64,000 nt of DNA from Planctomycetota bacterium (GCA_965228735.1 OZ245838.1:4288001-4352000); one strand, 5' to 3'. Positions 11,101 through 19,667 are shown, numbered from the stretch's first letter. Made by a program: numbers and translations. The notes: generated by a model not told the origin, from the sequence alone.

Positions 11101-11288
11101 GGCTGTACCGTAAGCGTGCGCGTGCTCGACACGGACACGGACTGGTTCGCGACGTAGGTGTTGCCCGTCAGCAGCGGCCCGAACGTCGAGTCGTCGACGT
11201 TGGGGGGCAACGGAATCGGGCTCTGCGCTTGGACGGCGAGAGCGAACGCCACGGCGACGACCGTCGGAGGGAATGCATCGAATCTCAT
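8157..11288 (-). CDS. Large secreted right-handed parallel beta-helix repeat protein (~1043 aa)
   Basis: Signal peptide MRFDAFPPTVVAVAFALAVQAQ; four units LT(V/I).PGV.VKF...G.L...G....PV.FTS..DD..GGD; ADPLF..P..GDLSL...SPC and PDIGAYE motifs near the C-terminus. Confidence 0.85.
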   Translation of the reverse strand: MRFDAFPPTVVAVAFALAVQAQSPIPLPPNVDDSTFGPLLTGNTYVANQSVSVSSTRTLTVQPGVVVKFAAGTSFQIAGTLDVNGSATMPVFFTSTRDGTVGLAIDPLAPAPGDWGRLQFISSNTSQVRGLEVRFSGSNGDGAVQTLQSNVLLDGVVVTDSASAGINLLGAMPTIIGCRVQNCAGRAFERATLQGLPMLGNNVASGNALDVIRVTSGTILGTQFIGPTNLVDSTIVIANNVTVPTGRQLTIAAGVVVKYETDDRFIVNGTLLCDGTSQAPVVFTSLADDAIGGDTGKDGPSVGAPGDWDGLTFGASSDASVLRSTRVRFAGNGTPGAISLLQSNITLAAVHVERSASDGLDVQGTMPTVQNCRFDDNLGRSIDRVSMLGLPNFVANTGTGNLLGDAIRVTNGIVSANLTVTTNNLIEDTLVMDPVLQINVGRTFTVGPGVIFKWATATRRVSVTGALVCNGTANAPVVFTSLADDAIGGDTGRDGPTVGTPGDWPGLSFGGTADASELRFTSVRFGGNNLAGAVELLNGADILLVDTAIERSATLGLRLTSSRPIVRRCRFDGNLGRAVDGFAWTQMTRFSDCTATGNVLGDYTRLVNGATGASGTSTRVDVWNTLNGDGVIVADVRTVMNSNTSLQLGAGLIVKFTAASASSSGFTAGGPGTSLFFDGRGYAPIVLTSFLDDDHGGDTNGDGNASAPGPGSWGRVEYGFSTAPAQMNHVLARFGGIGAATVTLDTANVSIDAVRVELSASDGINIAQNGGGCRNLVAFGNSGDGIVLSATAVSLIHATVAANQGRGVVSEGTHSGAASASISWFNGVNPNDNFVGFVDGLGLPARIFSSNGSPAHAGTQNNFVADPLFTDPNNGDLSLSLFSPCVGNAGAPNDAFTYEDHDGRSRVLDHNLFGFALPDIGAYEYAVYDATIAGVPRLGSSVAIVVDGQPFQGNPPGAGILFFGGPFLGVGQFLPPYGNANIQQPGFPFFSVTWAFNGTPFHVDFPNDQTFLGLPLGLQVLTVQLSNVGTGNWTQAFHGTLAQ

Positions 11289-11340
11289 GCCCGATCGGGG
11301 AGCAGGCGAAGCGGTCCGTGACGGACAATCTGCAGAACCG

Positions 11341-14022
11341 CTACCGCTGCAGCTCCCGCGACGGCCGCACCCCGAGGCCCGGATAGGTGAAATCGAGCAC
11401 GAAACGCGCCCGCCGAGCCGAGCGCTGCGCCGACGCCGGCTCGGAGAAGCACCCGGACCGCACGGCCATGTAGCGGCTGTTCGTGCGCGGCCGGTAACCA
11501 TCGCCCGCACGCACCGGCGTCTCGTAGCTGCCATGCCAGTCCCGGCACCACTCCATCACGTTCCCGGCGGTGTCGTGCAGCCCGAACCGATTGGCCTCGA
11601 ACGAACCGACGGGTGCGTGGTGCGTGAAGCCATCGTCCCAGTCCTCGAGCGTCCACGTCACCCGCGCGTTCTTCGAGATGCGCGGGTTCTGGTCCGCGAC
11701 GTTTGCCGCCCCGATCAGGCTGCGCTTGTCGTCACCGGTCCACCAGATCGTCGATGTTCCGGCCCGCGCCGCGTACTCCCACTGGGCCTCGGTCGGCAAC
11801 TCGCACTCGAGGCGCAGCAGCCATTGGCGCGCGTCAAAGTAGGAGATCATCTCGACGGGATGCGCGAGCGAGATCGTATGCGTGCGCAGCTTCGTGCCGG
11901 CGGTATGCCCGCTCGGGTTGTCGCCCGTGACGCGCAACCATTGACCCTGCGTCATCTCGAACTTCGACAGGAAGAACGCATCGAGTTCGATCTCCGCGGT
12001 CGGTTCCTCGATCCGCGTGAGACCAGGGTCGACGTTCGGCTGCCCGACGCCATGCTCGCCATCGGGCCGGATCGCGCCGATCGTGAACCGACCCGGCGGC
12101 ACGAGAACGAACACGAGACCGCTCGACTCGTCGATGTCGAGGCGGCCGTCGCCGCCGCGCCGCGGGACGCGGCCGGTCTGCGGGTGCCCGAACTCGAACA
12201 GGCCGCTCACCGGGTCGCGTCCGAGCGGCACGAGCCCGGTCTGCGGCGTGAGCTGCAACCCGTCGTAGCGCGGATCCGCGGCGACGGCGGCGATCGTGTC
12301 GCGCCAGTCGGCTCGACGACTCGCGACCGTCAGGTCGTCGACCTCGAGGGCGAAGCCGCGCCGCGCCTCGATGCGTGCCACGCGATCCGCCAGGAGCGGG
12401 ATGCCCTCGACCAGCTCCGTGAGCTCGAAGTACTCCCGAACGAGATCCGGGTCGTCGAACGGCGAAGCCTGCCGGAGGCGGTCGCGTTCGTAATTGCTGA
12501 TCAGCGCCTCGTCGAACAGGCTCATGTGGCGATCGAACGGTCCATCACCGCGACTCTGGATCTTGCTGCGCCGTTTCGCGATCGCGGCTCGGAGACTCAC
12601 GAGCTCCGCGGCCGTGGTCGGGTCGCGCTGCCGCGCCCGGCCGTCGAGGGTCGCGAGCCGCGCTTCATAGTCCGGCAGCGCCGCCTGCAGCGCGTGCGCC
12701 CGCTCGAGCCAGTGGTCCATTCCGCGCGGGCCGGTGACGCGCTCCTCGGTCGCCGGCCACAGGAACTGCTCCTCCCGCGGCAGGTCGCGCAGCGTCAGCA
12801 CCGCCATCGTCGTGGCCTTGGCCTCCTGCTCGGCCCGCAACCCGCCCAGCAGATCGAGCGAAACGAAGAGCGCCGTGGCCAGCACGGCCACCGTGAGCAC
12901 GAGGCTCGCGAGCGCGAGGGCGGCAGCCGGCTTGCGCCGCGCCCACTTCCAACTCCGTCGCACGAACCCCGGCGGCGCCGCCGCGATCGGTCGACGCTCG
13001 AGAACGGCCAGGAGGTCGTCGGCGAACGCTTCCGCGCTCGGGTAGCGGTCCTCGGGATTCTTCTCGATCGCCTTCTGCACGACCACCGCCAGGTCGCGCG
13101 AAACGGCCCGATTGAGCCGTCGTGCCGCCGGCGGATCCGTCGTGAGGATCTGCCGAAACACCTGCTCGCGAGTCTCACCGCGGAACGGCAGCTCGTTCGT
13201 CAAGCAGCAATGCAGCGTGACACCGAGCGAGAAGACGTCCGATCGCGGCCCGATGTCACTGCGGGCGTCGACCTGCTCCGGCGAAGCGAAGTTCGGCGAA
13301 CCCTGGAACGTGCCGCTGACCGTCAGCGTCTCGGCATCTGCATCGCGCGCGAGGCCGAAGTCGAGCAGAACGGCGCGATCAGCGGCCGCGATCCGGATGT
13401 TGGACGGTTTGACGTCGCGGTGGACGATCCCGGCCGCGTGCGCGGCGGCGAGACCGCGCGCGATGTCGTGGATCCAGCGGCACACCTGTTCCGCCGACAG
13501 CAGTCGGTCCTCGGCGCGCGCTTCGGCCACGACCTCGTCGAGCGGCTGACCGGCGAGGAGCTCCATCGCGAGGAACGCGACGCCGTCGTGATCACCGGCA
13601 TCGTAGACGGTGACGATGTTGGGATGCTGGAGCCGCGCGACCGCGAGCGCCTCGCGGCGAAAGCGCTCCTGCGCCGACGTGCCGGCGTGCAGTGCCTTGA
13701 TCGTCTTGAGCGCGACGAGACGCCTGGTCGGATCGTGCCTCGCCAGATAGACGACGCCCATGCTGCCCTCGCCGAGTCGGCGCAAGAGCCGATACTGCCC
13801 GATCCGCTCGATCATCGGCATCGCGGCCGACTCCCCGCCAACGAGGCCGAACCCAACGAGCGAGCCGAGCAGCTTGCGCAACTCGTCGGCGACATCGGGG
13901 TGGGCTGCGAGAATCTTCTCGACAGCCGGCACTCCGCTCTTTTCCCCGGCTTCGATACACTCGTACAGCAGCTGTTCGAGCGCCGCCTCCTCGTCCGGAA
14001 CTGTCGGGAACGGATCCGTCAT
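11341..14022 (-). CDS. Ser/Thr protein kinase fused to C-terminal FGE-sulfatase (SUMF1-like) domain
   Basis: LGEGSMG.V, ALK, HRDVKPSN, DFGLA, SPEQ, DVFSLG; TM helix; FFLSKFEMTQGQW, LPTEAQWEYAARAG, NRFGLHDTAGNVMEWC. Confidence 0.93.
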   Translation of the reverse strand: MTDPFPTVPDEEAALEQLLYECIEAGEKSGVPAVEKILAAHPDVADELRKLLGSLVGFGLVGGESAAMPMIERIGQYRLLRRLGEGSMGVVYLARHDPTRRLVALKTIKALHAGTSAQERFRREALAVARLQHPNIVTVYDAGDHDGVAFLAMELLAGQPLDEVVAEARAEDRLLSAEQVCRWIHDIARGLAAAHAAGIVHRDVKPSNIRIAAADRAVLLDFGLARDADAETLTVSGTFQGSPNFASPEQVDARSDIGPRSDVFSLGVTLHCCLTNELPFRGETREQVFRQILTTDPPAARRLNRAVSRDLAVVVQKAIEKNPEDRYPSAEAFADDLLAVLERRPIAAAPPGFVRRSWKWARRKPAAALALASLVLTVAVLATALFVSLDLLGGLRAEQEAKATTMAVLTLRDLPREEQFLWPATEERVTGPRGMDHWLERAHALQAALPDYEARLATLDGRARQRDPTTAAELVSLRAAIAKRRSKIQSRGDGPFDRHMSLFDEALISNYERDRLRQASPFDDPDLVREYFELTELVEGIPLLADRVARIEARRGFALEVDDLTVASRRADWRDTIAAVAADPRYDGLQLTPQTGLVPLGRDPVSGLFEFGHPQTGRVPRRGGDGRLDIDESSGLVFVLVPPGRFTIGAIRPDGEHGVGQPNVDPGLTRIEEPTAEIELDAFFLSKFEMTQGQWLRVTGDNPSGHTAGTKLRTHTISLAHPVEMISYFDARQWLLRLECELPTEAQWEYAARAGTSTIWWTGDDKRSLIGAANVADQNPRISKNARVTWTLEDWDDGFTHHAPVGSFEANRFGLHDTAGNVMEWCRDWHGSYETPVRAGDGYRPRTNSRYMAVRSGCFSEPASAQRSARRARFVLDFTYPGLGVRPSRELQR

Positions 14023-14093
14023 GATCGTCGGGCGTGAGCGATACCCGCGAGTCGATAGCGTAGCTTCCTCCGGCCCGGTGCCGGGGACCACTG

Positions 14094-14672
14094 ATGACCG
14101 AATTCGAAGGCCTCCTGGAACGCGCCCGCGCGGGGAACCGTGACGCCGTCGAGCGCCTGCTCGAACGTCACCTCCACGGACTCCGGGCCTACGTTCGCCT
14201 GCACAGCGGCCGCGACCTGCGCGCGCTCGAATCGCACTCGGACCTCGTGCAGTCCGTCTGCCGCGAGGCTCTGAACAGCCTGCAGGACGCCAGAGCCGAC
14301 GACGAACCGACGTTCCGTCAGTGGCTCTACTCGATCGCGCGCCACAAGATCATCGGGAAGGTCGACTTCCATCGCGCCCAGAAGCGTGACGTGCGCCGAC
14401 TCATGCCCGACGGCGAAGCCGCGTTGCTCAGGGCCTACGGCTCGTTCTGCTCGCCGAGCCAGGAGGCCAGTCAGCGCGAGCAGGTCAGCGCCATCGAAGC
14501 CGCGTTCGATCAGCTGTCGGAGGATCATCGTCGGGTCATTCTCGAAGCATGCCTGCTGGGTCGACCGCACGCGGAGCTGGCAGCCGAAATGGGCCGCAGC
14601 GAGGAGGCGTTGCGGCAGCTGCTGTCCCGGGCGCGTGCCCGTCTCGCGATGCTGCTGCGGGGCTCGGCGTGA
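14094..14672 (+). CDS. ECF RNA polymerase sigma-70 factor (kinase-associated, planctomycete-type)
   Basis: SDLVQS..., FRQWLYSIARHK, region 4 LSEDHRRVI..ELAAEMGRSEEALRQLLSRAR; divergent from the kinase. Confidence 0.88.
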   Translation: MTEFEGLLERARAGNRDAVERLLERHLHGLRAYVRLHSGRDLRALESHSDLVQSVCREALNSLQDARADDEPTFRQWLYSIARHKIIGKVDFHRAQKRDVRRLMPDGEAALLRAYGSFCSPSQEASQREQVSAIEAAFDQLSEDHRRVILEACLLGRPHAELAAEMGRSEEALRQLLSRARARLAMLLRGSA

Positions 14673-14688
14673 CGGCCGCGCGGTCGAG

Positions 14689-16116
14689 TTACTGATCGGG
14701 GCCGATCACGCCGATGCAGGCGTTGGTAACCGCGACGCCGTCGTTACCGCTGAAGATGATTCCCTGCGCGAACAGCGGCACACCGGCGAACGTCGTGTCG
14801 TTCGGCAACGTCCCCGTGAACACCGCGGAACCGTCGGGCGCGGTCGTCGCGAGCGGCAGCGTTGCGCCGACCTTCACGTAGATCACGTCGTCGAGGCCGA
14901 ACGGCGACAGCAACGTCGGTGGGTCGTGCAGTTCGAGCCCCACGATCATCGCCATCAGCGCGTTCGGGGTGGCGCCGTACACCTGCACCCCGTAGCCGAA
15001 CCCGACCAGCGGCGGCGCGAACATCGTCGTGAACCCGACGCTGCCGTCGCTGCCGGGCGTGCCGGCCCCGATGATCGTCACGGGCGCTGGGTCCTGGAGC
15101 CGAACGGTGTCGCTGCCGCTCGCCGTGAAAAGCGTGAGCTCGACCAGGTTCTGCCTGAAACTCGCGAGCTGCGCAGGCGACAACGGGATGGGTTGGAAGC
15201 CGAAGACCCCGCCGCCGAGGTTGACCCCGATCGCCATCAGAGCGTTCGTGCCGACCTCGCGCAGGTCGACTGCCGTCACGGTCTCGGGATAGTCCGCCGT
15301 CAGGACCGTGCCCGCGAGCCCGTCACCCGGCAGCAACTGGAACGTCGCGATCGCATTGTCGGTCGCGCCGTCGGTCGAGCTCGTGAGCGACTCTCGGAGC
15401 CGGCGCTCGAATCGCGAGTCCCCGGTGCCGAGCACGTTTCCGCCGCCGTCCTTCACGCGGGCGAACGTGCCGTTCTTGATCACGTCGATCTCGGATTTCG
15501 TGAGCAGCTGCAGACCGTTGAACGACGGTCCGGTGCCGAGCGGGATCGTCGTCGACCCGGGGTTCTGCGGGGTGCCTTCGACGAGCTCGAACTCGTTCGC
15601 CTGCGTCGTGCCCGTGCCGAGCTGCACGACCATCTGGCCCGTCTGCTCGAAGACGGTGAAGTAGCCGCCACCCGGCGACGGTCCGTTCACCGTGAAGACC
15701 CCCTCGAGCGGCCGCGCCCGCCGCAGCACATCCGTGAGCGTGGCGCCGTTGCCCGGGATGCTCACGGTTGCGAGCCCCTGGCCGATGATGTTCACCAGAG
15801 CGACGTCCGAGACCACGAGGGAGAAGACCGCCTTGGCGTTCGGCGGCGAGCCGATGACGCCATTCGACGTGAACGCGAAGGTGCCGACCGGGGACAGCAC
15901 GGTCGGGTTCGCGCTCCCGTGACTCACCGGAACGATCAGTTCGAGGAGGACGAGCGGCCCCTGGATGTAGCCGGTCACCTCGGCCGGCCCCTCGCCCGCG
16001 TTGACGCCGGGCCGCGCGCCGACCGGCACCGGCGTTCCGGCAGCCTGCGCGCCCGCAATGCCGGGGGTGAGAATGGTGAGGCCGAGGACGAGAGAACGGA
16101 GACCGTTGGAGTTCAT
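14689..16116 (-). CDS. Secreted hypothetical protein with putative conserved C-terminal domain
   Basis: Signal peptide MNSNGLRSLVLGLTILTPGIAGAQ; C-terminus DGSAVF..TLPND..FAG.PLFAQG...G.A.TN. Confidence 0.75.
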   Translation of the reverse strand: MNSNGLRSLVLGLTILTPGIAGAQAAGTPVPVGARPGVNAGEGPAEVTGYIQGPLVLLELIVPVSHGSANPTVLSPVGTFAFTSNGVIGSPPNAKAVFSLVVSDVALVNIIGQGLATVSIPGNGATLTDVLRRARPLEGVFTVNGPSPGGGYFTVFEQTGQMVVQLGTGTTQANEFELVEGTPQNPGSTTIPLGTGPSFNGLQLLTKSEIDVIKNGTFARVKDGGGNVLGTGDSRFERRLRESLTSSTDGATDNAIATFQLLPGDGLAGTVLTADYPETVTAVDLREVGTNALMAIGVNLGGGVFGFQPIPLSPAQLASFRQNLVELTLFTASGSDTVRLQDPAPVTIIGAGTPGSDGSVGFTTMFAPPLVGFGYGVQVYGATPNALMAMIVGLELHDPPTLLSPFGLDDVIYVKVGATLPLATTAPDGSAVFTGTLPNDTTFAGVPLFAQGIIFSGNDGVAVTNACIGVIGPDQ

Positions 16117-16206
16117 GCCAGTTCGGGGAGCCGGCGGCCGCTCACGTGACGCCCGATTCGGACTTTCTTGGCGCCGGGCGCCCGGCCTCGCTCGGGCGGC
16201 CGGGCG

Positions 16207-16722
16207 TCAGCCGACAGCACCCCGCGACAGCGGCAGGCCGACGCCCTCGTGCTCGAGCAGGCGACGCTTGCGCTCCAGGCCGCCGGCGTAGCCCGTGAGC
16301 GACCCGTCGCGGCCGATGATGCGGTGGCATGGCACGACGATCGCGATCGGGTTCTTGCCGTTCGCCGCGCCGACCGCGCGGACGGCCGTCGGGCGACCGA
16401 TCGTCTCGGCGATCTCCGAGTAGCTCGTCGTCGCGCCGAACGGGACGTCGCAGAGTGCGCGCCAGACCGACTGCTGGAACGGGGTTCCCCGCGGCGCGAG
16501 GTCGAGCTCGAACTCACGCCGGCGGCCCTGGAAGTACTCCTCGAGCTGGCGTCGCGCCGGCGAACGGCGGCCATCGGTCCAGGCGATCTCCTCGTCGGGC
16601 TCGGTCAGGTCCTCCGCGAACGCTCGATCACGGCCGAACGTCACGACGAGCAGCGCGTCGTCGCGCTCGGCGAGCATCACCTGGTCGAACGGTCCACGCA
16701 CCACACAGCACTTCACGGTCAT
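16207..16722 (-). CDS. ogt: Methylated-DNA--protein-cysteine S-methyltransferase
   Basis: GTPFQQSVW, RAVGAANGKNPIAIVVPCHRIIG..GSLTGYAGGL. Confidence 0.95.
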   Translation of the reverse strand: MTVKCCVVRGPFDQVMLAERDDALLVVTFGRDRAFAEDLTEPDEEIAWTDGRRSPARRQLEEYFQGRRREFELDLAPRGTPFQQSVWRALCDVPFGATTSYSEIAETIGRPTAVRAVGAANGKNPIAIVVPCHRIIGRDGSLTGYAGGLERKRRLLEHEGVGLPLSRGAVG

Positions 16723-16726
16723 CGAA

Positions 16727-18199
16727 TCACCTCTTCGTGGTCGTCTTCTTCTTCGGGTCTGCTCGTGGCTTGTCGAGCGAGCGCCACAGATGCCAGCACG
16801 CCAGACTCCGGAACGGCGCGAACGGCTCGAGCAGGCGCACGGTCTCCTCGGCGTCGGGGCGCACATCGAGCTCGAGCCAGGCCTGCAATCCGCTCGTGAT
16901 CCCCGTGTCGCCGATCGGCGCGCAATCGCCGAAGCCGTAGCCGCGCATCATCACGTAGTTGCTCGACCACGGGCCGACGCCGCGCTGGCGCAGCAACGTG
17001 CGTTCGGCGTGCACCGCGGAGCCCGCACCGAGCTCGTCGAGCGACAGTTCGCCGCCGTCGATCGCGCTGGCCGTGTCGCGCAGGTATTCGATCTTGCGCC
17101 CGGAGAACTGCCGCTTGCGCAGCGCTGCCGGCGAAGTCGCGGCGACGGCGGCCGGTGTCGGGTGGACGAGCAGGTCGCCGATCCGCGGCGCGTCCGCAAC
17201 CTCGAACAGCGCGGCGCGACAGCGGAACGCGAGCGCGAGGTTGATCTGCTGTCCGATGACCGACCAGCAGAACGCCTCGAACGGCGAGCCGTTCTGCAGG
17301 ACGCGCATGCCGGGCCGCGGACTCACGAGCCGGCGCTGGTCGGGGTCGCGGCGCACGCGGCGCTCGAACGGCCCGGGGTCGTCGTGCAGACCGAGCAGGC
17401 CGAGGGCGATCGAGTGCGCCGCTGCCATCGCTGCCGGGCTCGGCCTGCGCGCCGTGGTCACGGTGCAGCGCACCCGCGCCTTCTGGATCGCGAGTTCGAG
17501 CACGGCAGGCGTGTCGCCGAGCCAGACGCCCTTGCTGCAGACCCGCCCCTTCACCTGCTGGTCCGGCGCGTCCGTGTCGCGTGCGAGCTGGCGCAGGGTG
17601 TCGTCGTGGCGGAAATCCGCGGGCAGCTGCAGCGTGAACGGCTCGCCGGACTGCAGCGCGCGATAGGCCCGCGGCGTCATGCGCTGGACCAGCGCAAACG
17701 CGTCGTGGAACGCGGACTGGCTCAGAAACCCCGCGTCGAGCGCGATGTCGAGGATGCGGCGATCGGTCGCGAGCAGCTGCCTCGCGGCGAACGCGACGCG
17801 GGCGCGCTGCAGCGCGAGCGCCGGCGTCGTGTGGCCATGGCGGCGGAACAGGTCGTTGAGTCCCGTGCTCGCGAGCCCGGCCAGCCGCCCGACGTCCGCG
17901 ACGCGTTCGAATTCGCCGGGCACGGACCGCAGGCGCGCGTTCACGCCGTCCCAGAGGGCGAGCTCCGGGTCGCCCGCCGCGAGGAAGCGATCCGGCTTGC
18001 AGCGCCGGCACGGCCGCAGGCCCGCGGCGCGCGCCGCCGACTCGGTGCGAAAGCAGCGCACGTTCTCGGGCTTGGGGCGGCGCGCGGGACACGACGCCAG
18101 GCAATAGATCCCGGTCGTCGTCACCCCCGTGACGAAGCGGCCGTCCCACGCGCGGTCCCGCGCGAAGAAGCGTTGCAGCAGATCGTGGTCGTCGTTCAC
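16727..18199 (-). CDS. alkA: Ada Zn-binding/AraC HTH/AlkA DNA-3-methyladenine glycosylase fusion
   Basis: TTGIYC..SCPAR.P...GLRPCRRC Ada zinc site; AraC HTH; IGQQI and HhH GVGPWS..Y..MRG..D..P.GD. GTG start. Confidence 0.92.
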   Translation of the reverse strand: MNDDHDLLQRFFARDRAWDGRFVTGVTTTGIYCLASCPARRPKPENVRCFRTESAARAAGLRPCRRCKPDRFLAAGDPELALWDGVNARLRSVPGEFERVADVGRLAGLASTGLNDLFRRHGHTTPALALQRARVAFAARQLLATDRRILDIALDAGFLSQSAFHDAFALVQRMTPRAYRALQSGEPFTLQLPADFRHDDTLRQLARDTDAPDQQVKGRVCSKGVWLGDTPAVLELAIQKARVRCTVTTARRPSPAAMAAAHSIALGLLGLHDDPGPFERRVRRDPDQRRLVSPRPGMRVLQNGSPFEAFCWSVIGQQINLALAFRCRAALFEVADAPRIGDLLVHPTPAAVAATSPAALRKRQFSGRKIEYLRDTASAIDGGELSLDELGAGSAVHAERTLLRQRGVGPWSSNYVMMRGYGFGDCAPIGDTGITSGLQAWLELDVRPDAEETVRLLEPFAPFRSLACWHLWRSLDKPRADPKKKTTTKR

Positions 18200-18283
18200 G
18201 CGCCCCAATGGAGCACGTCGGCCGCATCGCGTCGTCCGGATTCCACCGGGCAAACTCGGAGTCGCTTCGTTCCGTCACGGCGC

Positions 18284-18313
18284 TTGACATCAGCGGCCGC
18301 GAGGGCGCACACT
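18284..18313 (+). promoter_or_regulatory. Putative sigma70 promoter for the lysine riboswitch/dap operon
   Basis: Perfect TTGACA (18284-18289), 18-bp spacer, CACACT (18308-18313), just upstream of the riboswitch. Confidence 0.55.
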
Positions 18314-18319
18314 GCGTGC

Positions 18320-18520
18320 TACCGCTGGAGGAGCGGTCGCGATCAGTACTCGCAACGAGGGCGACGGCCCGTCGAGTTGCGACGAAAGGCGACGACCGCC
18401 GAAGCGGACGACCCGACGTGCGGGCCGTTCGCTGGGCGTCGAGGCCAATACCTCGGCGGCTGTCGCGCCGACTGCCACCGCTCGTTGCGGGGGTGACCGG
18501 GGCGGAGAGCCAGTGCGGTG
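18320..18520 (+). ncRNA. Lysine riboswitch (L-box)
   Basis: Ordered conserved elements GGAGGAGC, AGUA, GAAAGG, CGCCGAA, CUGGG, AAUA, CUGUC, GGAGAGC; P1 CGCUGG/CCAGUG; directly upstream of lysC/dap genes. Confidence 0.88.
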
Positions 18521-18584
18521 GCCGAGTGCTCGGCCGGCGCGGTGGGTCCTTCGACGGTTTCGAACTCGAACCGAGCGTGACCCC

Positions 18585-19667
18585 GTGACCCAACCGCAGC
18601 CCGCACCATCGTCCAGCCCTGCAGACTCATCCGTCCGATCGAGCGCCTCCTGGCTCCTCGACCGCACCGAGGTGCTGTGCCGCGCCGACACGACGACCGG
18701 CCGCGAGGACCACGGCCTGCCCGCGCTGCGCGGACTGCTCCGCGAACTCGCGGGGACGATCGAGCTGCAGCAGGTGGCGCCGGGCCGTCACAACGTGCTC
18801 GCGACCTGGGGTCGGCCGCAGCTGCTCTTCTCGACGCATCTCGACACGGTTCCGCCGTTCCTGCCGCCGACGCGTCAGGGCGACGTGCTCCGCGGGCGCG
18901 GCACGTGTGACGCGAAGGGTCAGATCACCGCGCAGCTCGCGGCGATCCGCGCCCTGCTCGATCGCGGGCACGACGGCTTCGCGTGGCTCGGCGTCGTCGG
19001 CGAGGAGACGGACAGCATCGGCGCAGCCGCGGCCGCGGCGGAGTTCGCGTCGCGCCTCACGGATTGCCGCGGCCTGATCAACGGCGAGCCGACCGAGAAC
19101 GTGCTCGCGAGCGGGCAACGCGGTTCGATGCAGATCAAGATCGCGACGACCGGCCTCGCCGCGCACAGCGGCACGCCGGAGCTCGGACGCTCGGCGATCT
19201 GGCCGCTGCTCGACTGGGTGCAGAAGCTGCGCGAGCTGCCGATCCGGGACGATCCCGAGTTCGGCCCCGAGGTGTGGAATCTCGGCGTGCTGCGCGGCGG
19301 CCAGGCGCCGAACGTGATCCCGGACGCCGCGCACGCGACGCTGTTCGCGCGCACGCTGCCGGACTCCGAGTTCCTGGCGCGCGTGCGCGAACTCGCGCCG
19401 CGTGAGGGCGAAGTCGGTGAGATCGCGGAGACGCCACCCGAGCGCTTCGCGGACCTGCCGGGCTTTCCGCGGCGGCCGGTTACGTTCGGCAGCGACGCAC
19501 CGCGACTGCGCAAGCTCGTGCCGAACGGTCTCGTGACGATGTGCGGCCCGGGCAGCATCCGCGTCGCGCATACGCTCGAGGAGCACATCACGGGCGACGA
19601 CCTCGTGCGCGGCGTGGACCTGCTCGTCGCGATGGCGGAGACGATGCTCGAGGGCGATCGGCGATGA
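18585..19667 (+). CDS. M20 family (ArgE/DapE-like) deacylase, probably succinyl-diaminopimelate desuccinylase
   Basis: THLDTVPP, GRGTCDAKG, GEE, GEPT, AHSG.PE.G.SAI, GSDA, GPG...AHT.EE; first gene of the dap operon. Confidence 0.8.
   Translation: MTQPQPAPSSSPADSSVRSSASWLLDRTEVLCRADTTTGREDHGLPALRGLLRELAGTIELQQVAPGRHNVLATWGRPQLLFSTHLDTVPPFLPPTRQGDVLRGRGTCDAKGQITAQLAAIRALLDRGHDGFAWLGVVGEETDSIGAAAAAAEFASRLTDCRGLINGEPTENVLASGQRGSMQIKIATTGLAAHSGTPELGRSAIWPLLDWVQKLRELPIRDDPEFGPEVWNLGVLRGGQAPNVIPDAAHATLFARTLPDSEFLARVRELAPREGEVGEIAETPPERFADLPGFPRRPVTFGSDAPRLRKLVPNGLVTMCGPGSIRVAHTLEEHITGDDLVRGVDLLVAMAETMLEGDRR

Noticed and set aside
11341..11520. FGE/C-type-lectin C-terminus as a DGR variable region
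   Set aside because: I found no second copy of this sequence to act as a template repeat, and no RT gene.
7689..14037. Very long plus-strand ORFs (7689-11321, 11158-14037) and similar ones (25661-28099, 40454-42937, 57161-60139)
   Set aside because: Antisense shadows of well-supported genes in high-GC DNA; Arg/Ala-rich and without recognisable motifs.
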